Positions 50,101-64,000 of a stretch of 64,000 nucleotides of DNA are shown piece by piece. The notes beneath the pieces are model-generated. The model made no database searches. It was not told the origin of the DNA and worked only from the letters and a program-made list of their open reading frames with translations. Each line of letters begins with the position of its first letter. The stretch's first letter is position 1. The translations under genes and the position numbers were made by a program. Source of the stretch: Octopus vulgaris (taxonomy: Eukaryota); assembly GCA_951406725.2 (NCBI GenBank), contig OX597839.1:10726001-10790000 (forward strand), written 5' to 3'.

Positions 50101-53100
50101 TCGAGACCTAAGGCAGAAATTAAAATCTTTAGAAACTTAAGGACTTGAGATTTAAGGCAGGGATTGTTACAGATATGAATCAATGGCCTTGTGCCTAAAA
50201 TGTCTAATAAAGATGGTCAAAAAGATTTATATCACAGTTGTTGGATCTAAAATCTTTATGAAACTGTTTCTAAAGATTTAGATCATAGTCCTTTGATCTG
50301 AAATCTTTTGTGAAGCTATGTGTGAAGATTTGGATTGCATACCTTAGGTCTAAGATTTTTTGTAAAGTTTTGCCTAGATATTTAGAATTCTAGCTTTTAT
50401 TCTAAAATCTCTACTAAAACTGTATTTAATGATTTAGATCACTAGTCTTGAATTTAACATCTTTAGTAAAGCAACATCAAAAGTGTTCGATTCCTGGACT
50501 TTGGTTTAAGTTGTGTCCAGACCTTGTGTTTACTTCAGATGACAAGCAAGGAGACTGACATCTTAAGTGAAACTTGATCTCAAGATTAAAATTAATGGGA
50601 CAAAAGCCCCTGAAGAAACTGTATCTAAAGGTGTATTTTGATGCTTTTGTGGATAAAGATTTTAGAGAAACTGTAGTATAAATTTAGACCGATGTCATTC
50701 AGTCTGTAATCTCTAGTGAAATTGTGTCTGAAAATTTAGATCACTGGATTTTGGTCTAAAATCTATTGTGAAGCTGTGTGTGAAAATTCATGTCACTGGC
50801 CGTCAGTCTAAAATGTTAAGTGAAGCTATGCCTATTGATTTAGAACACCAGCCTCCAGTCTAAAACTTCTGGTGAAACTATCTCTAAAGAATTAGTTACT
50901 GTCAAAGGATATAAATCATTGGCATTCCTGAATATCAATTTGTAAAGATTTATACACTCAGCCCTAGATAGGAAAACAGCAATAAGCCTGTATCTTAGCA
51001 TCTCTGATTAGGAGTCAAAAATGTCAGTTCACAGACCCTAGGACTAAAATCTTCTGTGGCATTTGACTTGAAGATAAAGATTTGTGAAAGTGCAGCTAAA
51101 ATCTCTGAACAGAATCTGTCTAGACATTAAATTTACTATAGTTGGGATTAAAATTCCCAGAGAAATACTGGCATTCTCACTAATATCTCCAATAAAAGTG
51201 TGTCTAAAGATTTATATTACTGGCCTTGGGGTCTAATATCTCTTTGTTTACAATTTAGATCACTACACTTCAGTCTAAAATTTCTGGTAAGTCTACCTTT
51301 AAACTAGCTTTGAAACAAAAACCTTTTGTGAAGCACTGTCTACACATTTAGATGGCTGTCTTGGGATTTTAGTGCTTTGGGAAGTTGTGACTTAATATTT
51401 AGATCAATAGTCAAAAATTCTTTTGAAGCCGTGTCTAACATCCTTGGTTTCAGACTAAAATTACTATTGTATGCTCAGTCTAAAAATTTACATCACTGGC
51501 CTTGGGTCTAAAATTTTTAGTAAAGATCTAAAGACCTAAATCACAAGCATAGGGTCTTGAAACTCTTGTGATATTATTTCTAAGCAGTCAGACTATTAAC
51601 CCTGATGGAGAAACACAAATGAGCCTGTGCTTCAAAATTTCCGACATATGTCAAAAGATTTGGTTTGCTAGATCACTAGCCTTGAGTCTAAAATCTCTAT
51701 TGAAATTCTGTTTACAGATTTAGATCCTGGTCATAGATCTAAATTTCCTAGTGAATCCACTATCTAAAGATTTACATCACTAGCCCTCAACCGAAAACCT
51801 TTACTGAAGCTGTGATTAAAGTTTTACCTCATTTGCCATGAGGTAAAATTTTTGTGAAGCTGTGTCTAAAGATTTATACCATAGGACTTATGCCTAAAAT
51901 CCTTCTTGAAATTGTGACTGAAAACTAAGATCACTGGCTTTGAGTCTAAAATCTTTAGTAAAGTGGTGACTAAAAATATCAATTACTGGCCTTTGTGCTA
52001 AAATCTTTTTATGAAACCATCTCTCAAGATTCAGGCCATTGGACTTTGGTCTCAATTCTGTAGCAAATCAGAATCTAAAGATTTACATCACTGGCCGTGG
52101 AACATAAGTCAAAAGACTTAGATCACTGGCCTTGGGTCTAAGATCTTTTATGATTCTGTGTATACAGATTTACATCATTGGCCTTAGGTCTACAATATTT
52201 GGTGAAGCAATATAAATAGACTCAGATCACTAGCCCTCAGTCTAAAGTTTCGAGTGAAGCAACGTCTAAATATTTACGTCACTGGCCTTCACTCAAATAT
52301 CTTTTTTGAAACCGTGTTGGAACTCTTAAGTGAACCAATATCTAAAGATTAATATCACTGACTTTGGGGCAAAAATCTCTAGGGAAGCATTATCTAAAGA
52401 TTTAGGTCACATTCCATGGGTCAAAAATGTCTAGTAAACTTGTGTCTAAAGAATTAGATCACAGGCTATTGGTCCAAAATATCAAGTGAAGATGTAATTT
52501 TAAATTTATATCACTACTCACAAGGCTTTGGTCGACCTGAGGCTATAGATTTTAGACACTGGTGTGTAAAGACTTAAATTGCTGGCCTTGGGTTTAAAAT
52601 ATCAAGTAATGCAGTGTCTAAAGATTTTGATAATTATCCGTGTATCTAAAATCTGTTGTGAAGCAATGTCTAAAGATTTAGATCACAACTTTGTATCAAA
52701 AATTTATTGTGTAGCAATGTCGTCTAAACATTTGTATCACTGAACTTGGGTCCAATATCCCCTATAGAAAATGTGTCTAAGCATATACACCATTGCCCTT
52801 GGGTCTAAAATATCTAGTGCAGCAGTGTCTAGAGATTTATATCTCTGGCTTCAGTCTAAAATTCCCCAAGAAAGTATATCTAATTATTAATCACTAGCCT
52901 TGGTTTGAAAATCCCAAAAGAAAATGTGTCAAAATATCAGATCACAGGCCTAGTGTCTAACATCTCCAGTGAAGAAATGTCTAAAGTTTTACATCACTCC
53001 CCTTTCGTCTGAAATCTCTACTGAAGCAATGTCTAAAAAAAATAGACCCACTAGGCTCTAAAATCTTTCTTAAATTAATATCTGAAGAATTAGATCGATG

Positions 53101-55651
53101 ACCTTGGGGCTTAAATCTCCAGTGAAGCAATGTCTAAAAATTAAGATCACTGGCCTTAAGTTGAAAACCACAAGTCAAGCAGTGTCTAAAAATGTATATT
53201 ACTGGCTTTGGGTCTAAATTGTCAAATGAACCACAAGTCAAGCAGTGTCTAAAGATGTATATCACTGGCTTTGGGTCTAAATTGTCAAATGAATATGTAT
53301 CTAAAGATTTACATCATTGTCCTTGGATCACTGGCCTTGGGTCTAAATCTATTGTAAGACTCTACCTAAAAATTCAGATTGTTTAAAACCTTTAGAGAAA
53401 CTGAGTGTAAATTTTCTAGGGAAACTGTGTCTAAAGATTAACATCGCTGGCCTTGGGATGAAAATCTCTGATGAAGCAATGCCTTAAGATTTATGTCACT
53501 AGCTTTCAGTTAACAATGTCTAGTTCACATGTATCAAAAGATTTTTATAACTGTCTTTGGGTCTAAAATCTCTACTGAAGCTGTTTCTGAAGATAAAGAA
53601 TATGCATCTCGGCTCCACAATGTCTGGTAAATTAAAGTATCAAGTGAGGCAGTATGTAAAGATTTTGATCACTAGTGATGTGTCTAGAATTATTAGTAAA
53701 GCAATGTATAAATATTTAGATCACTAGTCTTGTGTCTAAAGTCTGTAGTGAAGCAATGTCTAATTATTTTGACCACTGGCCTTGTTTCTAGATATTTTAA
53801 TCACTGACCTTGGTTCTCAATTCCCCTGTGAAGTATGTATAAACGTTTACATTGCTGGCCTTGAGGCTAAAATCACTAGAGAAGATGTATCTGAAAATTT
53901 ATATCAGTCGCCAAGAGCTTAAGATCGCATGTGAAGCAGTGACTAAAAATTTCAATTACTGGCCTTGTGTCTAAAATCCTTAGTGAAGTAGTGTCTAAAG
54001 GTTTATATCACAGGCCTTGAGTCTAGAGAAATATATCTAAAGACAGAGATCACTGTCATGGGTCTACAATCTCTGGTGAAGATGTCTCTAAAATTTTATG
54101 CCACTGGCCTTAGGTCCAAAATCTCTTGTGAAGACATATCCAAAGTTATACATTAGTGGCCTGATGTCTAAAACCTTTAGTGAAGCAGTGTCTAAAGATT
54201 CATATCACTGACTTAAGGTGTGAAATCTTTAGAAAAAATGTGTTTAAAGATATAGTTCACTTGCAAGGGTTCTGAAATCTCTAGTGAAACAGTGTTGGAA
54301 TGTTTAGATCACTGGCCTTGGGCTCCAAAGTGTTTCATGAACATGTATCTAAAGACTTACAAGATCGGTTTTGATACTTAAATGTCTAGAGAAAATGTGT
54401 CTAAAAGTTTAGAGTGCTGGCCTTGGATCTAAAATCGTCACTGAAGATGTATCTAAAATCACTAGTGAAAATGTGTCTAAAAATTTATATCATTGACCTT
54501 GGCTCTAAATTCATTAGTGAAGTAATGACATTTAGTCTAAAATCCCCGGTGAAGCAATGTCTAAAGTAACAAAGCAGTGCCTAAAATCTCTAATGAAGCA
54601 GTGTCTAAAGCTTTATATCACTGGCTTTGGGTCTAAAGTACCTAGGAAAGATGCATCTAAAGATTTAGATCACTGGTCTTGAGGCTAGAATTTCTTGTGA
54701 AAATGGGTAAAAAAAATTCAGATAACTGACCTTGTGTCTAAAATATCTAGTGAAGCCATGCTTAAAGATTTCTATAATTGAACTTGGGTCTAAAATCTCT
54801 TGAGATAATGTCTCTAAAAGTAGGGATTACTACCTTTGGTTCAAAACTCTTTAGTAAGGCAAGTACCGAAACATTTAGATTACTGGCCTTTGGTCTAAAA
54901 TCTTTTATGAAAATGCACCTCAAAATTCAAATTATTTATTTTGGGTCTAAAATGTGTTTAAAGGTTCATATCACTGGTCTTAAGTTTAAAATCCCCATTG
55001 AAGCAGTATCTAAGGGTTTACATCACTGACTTTGTATCTAAAATGTCTAATGAACCAATGTCTAAAGCTTTAGACAACTGACCTTGGGTCTAAAATCTCT
55101 TGTAAAGCTATGTCTTAAAATTCAGATCACTGGCCTTGTGTCTAAAATCACTATTGAAGCTGTGTCTAAAGATTTACGTGACTGGGTGTGATATGTTTAG
55201 TGAAGCAATGTTCTAAGATTTAATTCACTGGCCTTGGGTCATCAGTTTCTAGCAAAGCAATGTCCAAAGATTTAGATCACTCAACTTGTCCAGTGTCTTT
55301 TAATGATGTAACTAAAGATTTATATCACTGGGCTTGTGTCCTAATTATCTTTTGAATCTCTATTTAAAGACTTAGATTACTATTCTTGGGTCTAAAATCT
55401 CTAAAAATCAGGGGATCTAAAATTCCAAGGTAACTAAGTGTTGTGTCTAAATTTTTAGTGAAGCAGTGTCTCAAGATTTAGATCACAGCCCTTGGATCTA
55501 AAATGCATCTAAAGATCCCTAGCCTTGGGTGTAAAATCCCCTGTGGAAATTCTGATCACTGGCCTTGTGTTTAAAACCTTTAGTGAAGCAGTGTCTAAAG
55601 ATTTATGTCACTGCCTTGGTGCGAAATTCCCAAGAAAAAATTTAATCTAAA

Positions 55652-56061
55652 GGCGCTGGAGTGGCTGTGTGGTAAGTAGCTTGCTTACCAACCACATGGT
55701 TCCAGGTTCAGTCCCACTGCGTGGCACCTTGAGCAAGTGTCTTCTACTATAGCATCAGGCCGACCAATGCCTTGTGAGTGGATTTGGTAGACGGAAACTG
55801 AAAGAAGCCCGTCGTATATATGTATATGTATGTGTGTGTATATGTTTGTGTGTCTGTGTGTCCCCCAACATCGCCTGACAACCGATGCTGGTGTGTTTAT
55901 GTCCCCGTCACTTAGCGGTTCAGCAAAAGAGACCGATAGAATAAGTACTAGGCTTACAAACAATAAGTCCCTGGGTCGATTTGTTCAACTAAAGGTGGTG
56001 CTCCAGCATGGCTGCAGTCAAATGAGTGAAACAAATAAAAGAGTAAAAGAGTAAAAGAGTA
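55652..56061 (+). mobile_element. SINE family A, full length, inserted in the satellite
   Basis: Complete head and (GAGTAAAA)n tail; flanked by TAAAG on both sides at the satellite TCTAAAG motif. Confidence 0.93.
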
Positions 56062-56173
56062 AAGGTATAAGTCATCTACTTTGGGCATAAAACCTCTAGT
56101 AAACTGTGTCTAAAAATTCAAATGACTGGCTTTGTTTCCAAAGTCTCTGGTGAAGTTGTGTCAATGGATTTAA

Positions 56174-56394
56174 CCCTTTCATTACTGTATTTATTTCGCG
56201 ATGTTCTGTGCTTCTTTCAATTACTTTAAATACAACAAAGAATTTAGTATAATAATTTAGTTATCATTAAGCTAGTGTTAGGAACATAAATTGTGACTAA
56301 GGTTTGGTGGGAGACTTTAATTCAAAACTTATGAAAACAAGACATTTCTACTACAGAGCCAGAGCTGGTTTCAGCTGGGTTGGTAATGAAAAGG
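56174..56394 (+). mobile_element. piggyBac-type MITE, 221 bp
   Basis: TTAA at 56170-56173 and 56395-56398; TIRs CCCTTTCATTAC / GTAATGAAAAGG; removal restores a satellite monomer. Confidence 0.92.
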
Positions 56395-59300
56395 TTAAAT
56401 AACTGGTCTTCAGTCTAAAATCTCTACAGAAGCAGTGCGTAAATATTTAGATTACTTACCTTTGGTCCAAAATGTCTAGTGAAGTTGGTTCTAAACATTC
56501 AGATTACTGGTCATGGGTCTAAAATCTCTAGTGCAGTATTGTCAAATGATTTAGACCACTGGCCTTGGGTCTAAAATATCTAGCAAGCATGTATCTAAAG
56601 ATGTATAGAACTGACTCTCGACTACAGTCTTTAGTGAAACTATCACCAAAAATATAGATCACTTTCCTTGGGTGTAAAATCTTTATTGAAGCTGTGTCTA
56701 AAAGTTTATATTACTGATCTTGGGTTTAAACTTTCTTGTGAAGGTACATCTAAAGATTTATATCAATGACCTTGAGTTTAAAATCATAAGTGAAGCTGTG
56801 CCTAAAGATTTAGATCTCTGTCCTTGTGTCCAAAATGTGTACTGAAGAAGCCTCTAATGATTTAGATAACTGGCTTTGTGCCTAAAATCTCTTGTGAAGC
56901 TGTGTCTAAAAATGTTTATACTTGGCCTTGGGTTTAAAATCGCATATAAAGCAGTATCTAAAGATCTATATCACTGGCTTTGGGTGTTAAGTATCTAATG
57001 AAGACACATCTAAATATTTAGATCACTGGCCTTGGGTCTAAAATCACTAGCAAAGTAGTGTCTAAAGAAATCATATCACTGGCCTTGTGAAGATGCACCT
57101 AAAGGTTCAGCTCATTGGCCCTGAGACTAAAATTTGTAGTGAAGGTGTATCTATTAATTTTGATCGCTGGCCTGGGGTCTAAAGTGTCCATTGAACATGT
57201 ATCTAACGATTTCTATCAGTGGCCTTAGGTCTAAAGTCACCAGTGAAGCTGAGTCTAGAGAATTTTGTCACTGGCCTTGTAACCAAAACATCCCATGAAG
57301 CTGTGTCTAAAATGTGTATATCTGGCCTCGGTTCTAAAATCTATTGAGAAGTAGTTTCTAAAGATTTAGATCATCGGCTTTAGAAAAAAACCTCTAGCAA
57401 AGATGTATTTAAGATTTAGACCAGAGGCCTTGGATCTAAAATCTCTAGTGAAGCAGTGACTGAAGATTTCTATCAGTGGACTTGAGCCTAAAATCTCTAG
57501 AGATAATGTCTCTAAAGGCAGAGATTACTGCCCTTGGTTAAAAAAACTCTAGTGAAGTGATGTCTAAACATTTAGATTGCTGGTCCTAGGAATAAAATCT
57601 CTCGTGAAGAAATATCTAAAAATTTAGACCATTGGCCTTGGGTCTAAAATCTCTAGTGAAGCAGTGTCTAAAGATTTCTATCAGTGAAGTTGTGTCTAAA
57701 ATCTCTAGAGATAATGTGTCTAAAGGCAGAGATTACTGCCCTTGGTTAAAAAATCTCTAGTGAAGCAATGTCTAAAAATTCAGACCATTAGCCTTAGGTC
57801 TAAAATCTCAAGTGAAGCCATGTCTAAAGATTTCTTCTAGTGAACTTGTGTCTAAAATCTCTAGAGATAATGCCTCTAAAGGCAGAGATTACTGCTCTTG
57901 GTTCAAAAATCTCTAGTGAAGCAAAGTCTAAACATTTAGGTTGCTGGCCTTGGGTCTACAATCTCTAGTGAATCCATATATAAACATTTAGACCACTGGC
58001 CTTGGGCCTAAAATCACGAGTGAAGCAATATCTAAACACTTCGACCACTGGCCTTGGGTCAAAAATCTCTAGTGAAGCAATGTCTAAACATTTACATTAC
58101 TGGCCCTGGGACTAAAATCTGCAGTGAAGCAATATGTAAACATTTAGACCACTGGCCTTGGGTCTAAAATCACTAGTGAAGCAATGTATGAACATTTAGA
58201 TTGCTGGCCCTGCGACTAAAATCTGTAGTGAAGCAATATCTAAACATTTTGACCACTGGCCTTGGGTCTAAAATCTCTAGTGAAGCAATATCTAAACATT
58301 TAGACCACTGGTCTTGGGTCTAAAATCACTAGTGAAGCAATATCTAAACATTTAGACCACTAGCCTTGGGTCTAAAATCACTAGTGAAGCAAAGTGCGAC
58401 TAAAATCTGTAGTGAAGCAATATCTAAACATTTCAACCACTGGCCTTGGGTCTAAAATCTCTAGTGAAGCAATGTCTAAACATTTAGATTGCTGGCCCTG
58501 GGACTAAAATCTCTGGTGAAGCAATGTATAAACATTTAGACCACCAGCCTTGGGTCTAAAATCACTAATGAAGCAATGTGCGACTAAAATCTCTAGTGAA
58601 GCAATATCTAAACATTTTGACCACTGGCCTTGGGTCTAAAATCTCTAGTGAAGCAATATCTAAATAATTAGACTGTTGGCCTTAGGTCTAAAATCTCTAG
58701 TGAAGTAATATCTAAACATTTAGACCACCAGCCTTGGTTCAAAAATCACTAGTGAAGCAATGTCTAAACATTTTGACCACTGGCCTTGGGTCTAAAATCA
58801 CTAGTGAACCGATATCTAAACATTTTGACCTTGGGTCTAAAATCTCTAATGAAACAATGTCTAAACATTTAGATTGCTGACCCTGGACTACAATCAGTAG
58901 TGAAGCAATATCTAAACATTTAGACCATTGGCCTTGGGTCTAAAATCACGGGTGAAGCAATATCTAATCATTTCAACCACAGGCCTTGGGTCTAAAATTT
59001 CTAGTGAAGCAATGTATAAACGTTTAGATTGCTGGCCCTGGGACTAAAATCTCTGGTGAAGCAATATCTAAACATTTAGACCGCTGGCCTTAGGTCTAAA
59101 ATCACTAGTGAAGCAACGTATAAACATTTAGAGCACCAGCCTTCAGTCAAAAATCACTAGTGAAGCAATGTCTAAACATTTTGACCACTGGCCTTGGGTC
59201 TAAAATCACTAGTGAAGCAATGTCTAAACATTTTGACCACTGGCCTTGGGTCAAAAATCACTAGTGAAGTAATGTATAAACATTTACATTACTGGCCCTG

Positions 59301-62300
59301 GGACTAAAATCTGTAGTGAAGCAATATCTAAACATTTAGACCATTGGCCTTGGGTCTAAAATCACTAGTGAACCGATATCTAAACATTTTGACCACTGGC
59401 CTTGGGTCTGAAATCTTTAGTGAAACAATGTCTAAACATTTAGATTGCTGGCCCTGGACTACAATCAGTAGTGAAGCAATATCTAAACATTTAGACCATT
59501 GGCCTTGGGTCTAAAATCCCTAGTGAAGCAATATGTAAACATTTCAACCACTGGCCTTGGGTCTAAAATCTCTAGTGAAGCAATGTATAAATATTTAGAC
59601 CACTGGCCTTAGGTCTAAAATCACTGGTGAAGCAATGTCTAAACATTTACAATTTAGATTGCTGGCCCTGCAACTAGAATCTGAACATTTAGACCATTGG
59701 CCTTGGGTCTAAAATCACTAGTTAAGCAACATCTAAATATTTGGACCACTGGCCTTCCAGTCAAAAATCTCTAGTGAAGCAATATCTAAATATTTAGACT
59801 GTTGGCCTTAGGTCTAAAATCTCTAGTGAAGTAATATCTAAACATTTAGACCACCAGCCTTGGTTCAAAAATCACTAGTGAAGCAATGTCTAAACATTTA
59901 CAATTTAGATTGCTGGCCCTGCAACTAGAATCTGAACATTTAGACCATTGGCCTTGGGTCTAAAATCACTAGTTAAGCAACATCTAAATATTTGGACCAC
60001 TGGCCTTCCAGTCAAAAATCTCTATTGAAGCAATATCTAAATATTTAGACTGTTGGCCTTAGGTCTAAAATCTCTAGTGAAGTAATATCTAAACATTTAG
60101 ACCACCAGCCTTGGTTCAAAAATCACTGGTGAAGCAATGTCTAAACATTTACAATTTAGATTGCTGGCCCTGCAACTAGAATCTGAACATTTAGACCATT
60201 GGCCTTGGGTCTAAAATCACTAGTTAAGCAACATCTAAATATTTGGACCACTGGCCTTCCAGTCAAAAATCTCTATTGAAGCAATGTCTAAACATTTAGA
60301 ATGCTGGTGCTGGATCTAAAATCTCCAGTGAAGCAGTGTCTAAAGATTTCTATCAGTGAAGTTGTGTCTAAAATTTCTATAGATAATGTCTCTAAAGGCA
60401 GAGATTACTGTCCTTGCTTCCAAAATCTCTAGTGAAGCAATGTCTAAACATTTAGATTGCTGTCCTGGGTCTGAAATCTCTAGTGAAGCAATATATAAAT
60501 ATGTTGACCACTGGACTTGGGTATAAATTCACTAGTGAAGCAATATCTAAATATTTCGACCACTGGCCTTGGGTCTAAAATCACTAGTGAAGCAATGTAT
60601 AAAAATAGAGATTGCTGGCCCTGGGACTAAAATCTGCACTGAAGCAATATGTAAACATTTTGACCACTGGCCTTGGGTCTAAAATCTCTAGTGAAGCAAT
60701 GTATAAACATTTTGACCACTGGCCTTAGGTCTAAGACTCTAGTGAAGCATGTCTAAACATAGAGATTTGCTGGCCCTGGGACGAAAATCTCTGGTGAAGC
60801 AATATCTAAATTTTCGACCACTGGCCTTGGGTCTAAAATCTCTAGTGAAGCAATGTATAAACATTTAGATTGCTGGCCCTGTGACTAAAATCTCTATTGA
60901 AGCAATATCTAAACATTCCGAGCACTGGCCTTCAGTCAAAAATCTCTATTGAAGCAATGTCTAAACATTTAGAATGCTGGTGCTGGATCTAAAATCTCCA
61001 GTGAAGCAGTGTCTAAAGATTTCTATCAGTGAAATTGTGTCTAAAATGCCTATAGATAATGTCTCTAAAGGCAGAGATTACTGTCCTTGCTTCCAAAATC
61101 TTTAGTGAAGCAATGTCTAAACATTTTGACAACTGGACTTGGGTATAAATTCACTAGTGAAGCAATATGTAAATATTTCGATCACTGGCCTTGGGTCTAA
61201 AATCACTAGTGAAGCAATGTATAAACATTTAGATTGCTGGCCCTGTGACTAAAATCTCTATTGAAGCAATATCTAAACATTCCGAGCACTGGCCTTCAGT
61301 CAAAAATCTCTATTGAAGCAATGTCTAAACATTTAGAATGCTGGTGCTGGATCTAAAATCTCCAGTGAAGCAGTGTCTAAAGATTTCTATCAGTGAAATT
61401 GTGTCTAAAATGCCTATAGATAATGTCTCTAAAGGCAGAGATTACTGTCCTTGCTTCCAAAATCTTTAGTGAAGCAATGTCTAAACATTTTGACAACTGG
61501 ACTTGGGTATAAATTCACTAGTGAAGCAATATGTAAATATTTCGATCACTGGCCTTGGGTCTAAAATCACTAGTGAAGCATGTCTAAACATAGAGATTTG
61601 CTGGCCCTGGGACGAAAATCTCTGGTGAAGCAATATCTAAACTTTTCGACCACTGGCCTTGGGTCTAAAATCTCTATTGAAGCAATGTATAAACATTTAG
61701 ATTGCTGGCCCTGGGACTAAAATATCTATTGAAGCAATATCTAAACATTCCGAGCACTGGCGTTGGGTCTAAAATCTCTGGTGAAACAAAATCTAAACAT
61801 TTCGACCACTGGCCTTCAGTCAAAAATCTCTATTGAAGCAATGTCTAAACATTTCGACCACTGGCCTTGAGTCTAAAATCACTAGTAAAGCAATATCTAA
61901 ATATTTCGACCACTGGCCTTCAGTCAAAAATCTCTATTGAAGCAATGTCTAAACATTTAGAATGCTGGTGCTGGATCTAAAATCTCCAGTGAAGCAGTGT
62001 CTAAAGATTTCTATCAGTGAAATTGTGTCTAAAATGTCTATAGATAATGTCTCTAAAGGCAGAGATTACTGACCTTGCTTCCAAAATCTTTAGTGAAGCA
62101 ATGTCTAAACATTTTGACAACTGGACTTGGGTATAAATTCACTAGTGAAGCAATATGTAAATATTTCGATCACTGGCCTTGGGTCTAAAATCTCTAGTGA
62201 AGCAATATCTAAACATTTCGACCACTAGCCTTGGGTCTAAAATCTCTAGTGAAGCAATATCTAAATATTTCGACCACTGGCCTTGGGTCTAAAATCTCTA

Positions 62301-64000
62301 GTGAAGCATGTCTAAACATAGAGATTTGCTGGCCGTGGGACTAAAATCTGCACTGAAGCAATATCTAAACATTTTGACCACTGGCCTTGGGTCTAAAATC
62401 TCTAGTGAAGCAATGTCTAAACATTTAGAGCACCAGCCTTGAGTCTAAAATCGCAAGTGAAGCAATATCTAAACATTTCGACCACTGGCCTTGGGTCTAA
62501 AATCTCTAGTGAAGCAATGTATAAACATTTAGAATGCTGGTGCTGGGTCTAAAATCTCAAGTGAAGCAGTGTCTAAAGATTTCTATCAGTGAACATGTGT
62601 CTAAAATCTCTAGAGATAATGTCTCTAATGGCAGAGATTACTGCCCTTGGTTCAAAAATCTGTAGTGAAGCAAAGTCTAAACATTTAGATTGCTGGCCTT
62701 GGGTCTACAATCTCTAGTGAAACAGTGTCTTAAGATTTCTTCTAGTGGACTTGAGCCTAAAATCTGTAGAGATAATGTCTCTAAAGGCAGAGTTTACTGC
62801 CCTTTGTTCAAAAATCTCTAGTGAATCAATGTCTAAACATTTAGGTTGCTTCCCCTGCGTCTAAAATCTGTAGTGAAGCGAAGTCTAAACATTTAGACCA
62901 CTGGCCTTGGGTCTAAAATCTCTAGTGAAGCAATATCTAAACATTTCGACCACTGGCCTTGGGTCTAAAATCTCTAGTGAAGCTATGTCTAAACATTTAG
63001 ATTGCTGGCCTTGGGTCTAAATTCTCTAGTGAAGCTGTGTCTAAATATTTCTGTGAGTGAACTTGAGCCTAAAATCTCTAGAGATAATGTCCCTAAAGGC
63101 AGACATTACTGCCCTTGGTTCAAAAATTTCTAGTGAATCAATGTCTACACATTTAGATTGCTGACCCTGGGTCTAAAATATTTAGTGAAGCAGTGTCTAC
63201 AGTATTCACTCATTGCTTGTGAGTATAAGATCTTTAGAGAAAATTCAGCTAAAGATGTAGATCACTCACTTTGGGTGTAAAATTTCTAGTGAACTAGATC
63301 TAAATATTTACATCGCTGGCCTTGTTCTAATACCTGTAGTGAAGCAATGTCTAAAGATTTAGACCATAGACTTTGGGTCCAAAATGTCTTGTGAGGGTAT
63401 AGCTTAAGATTTATATCACTGGCCTTGGATCTTAAATCACTAGCAAAGCAGTATCCAAATATGTATATCACTGGGACTGGGTGTAAATCTCTAGTGGAAA
63501 CAGTTTCCAATTATTTTGATCACTGATCTTGCATCCATCATCTATAGACTACTTATATCTAACATGTTGCATTTTTGACATTCGGTCTGAATGTTTTTTG
63601 CTAAAATGTATCCAGATCTGTTGTCTAAACTCACCAATCATATATATTGGATCCCACTGGCCTTCTGTTTTTAATCTCTAGCGAAGCTCTATCTAGTGTT
63701 GAAGCTCACTGTCCTTCTGTCAAATATCTTCATTGAAGCGCTTTCTACAGATTTCGGTCACTGGCATTCTGTATAAAATCTTTTGGTAATCTGTATATAA
63801 AGATTCAGTCTAATCATCTTGGGTTCTAAAATTATTAGTGATGTTGCATCTAAAGATTTAGATCCTTTTACTTCTATAAAAAATCTCTAGTGAAGCTGTG
63901 TCTAAGTATTTAGATCGCTGGTCATCATTCCCAAATCTTTTGTGAAGTTGTTTCTAAAGATCTAGATCTCTTTCAGTTGGTCTAAAATCTGACTAGAGAC

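Larger units (their letters stand above)
50165..64000 (+). repeat. 52-bp satellite array, block 2 (runs off window)
   Basis: Diverged monomers at 50.2-57.4 kb; homogeneous AATGTCTAAACATTTAGACCACTGGCCTTGGGTCTAAAATCTCTAGTGAAGC type at 57.4-63.2 kb; diverged again after 63.2 kb. Confidence 0.97.

Overview
AT-rich eukaryotic (animal) genomic DNA with no intact protein-coding gene. The tRNA-derived SINE families and the very dense microsatellites point to an octopus-like cephalopod (inference). Bases 1 to ~29.5 kb are a nested patchwork of tRNA-headed SINEs, non-autonomous Helitrons, mariner, MULE, hAT and non-LTR retrotransposon remnants, Penelope-type hammerhead-ribozyme motifs and simple repeats. 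From ~29.6 kb to the window end is a ~34 kb array of a 52-bp satellite (consensus TGTGTCTAAAGATTTAGATCACTGGCCTTGGGTCTAAAATCTTTATTGAAAC). The array has internal dyad symmetry, positional subfamilies, a young homogeneous zone at ~57.4-63.2 kb with higher-order repeats, and an inverted, decayed block at ~44.7-50.15 kb. The ORFs in the supplied track are almost all microsatellite, SINE or satellite artefacts. I cannot show a confirmed novel system from sequence alone. The best leads are the centromere-like satellite, a tRNA-head plus hammerhead composite element, and a fold-back mariner derivative. Coordinates were counted by hand and element edges are approximate unless a TSD or terminus is cited.
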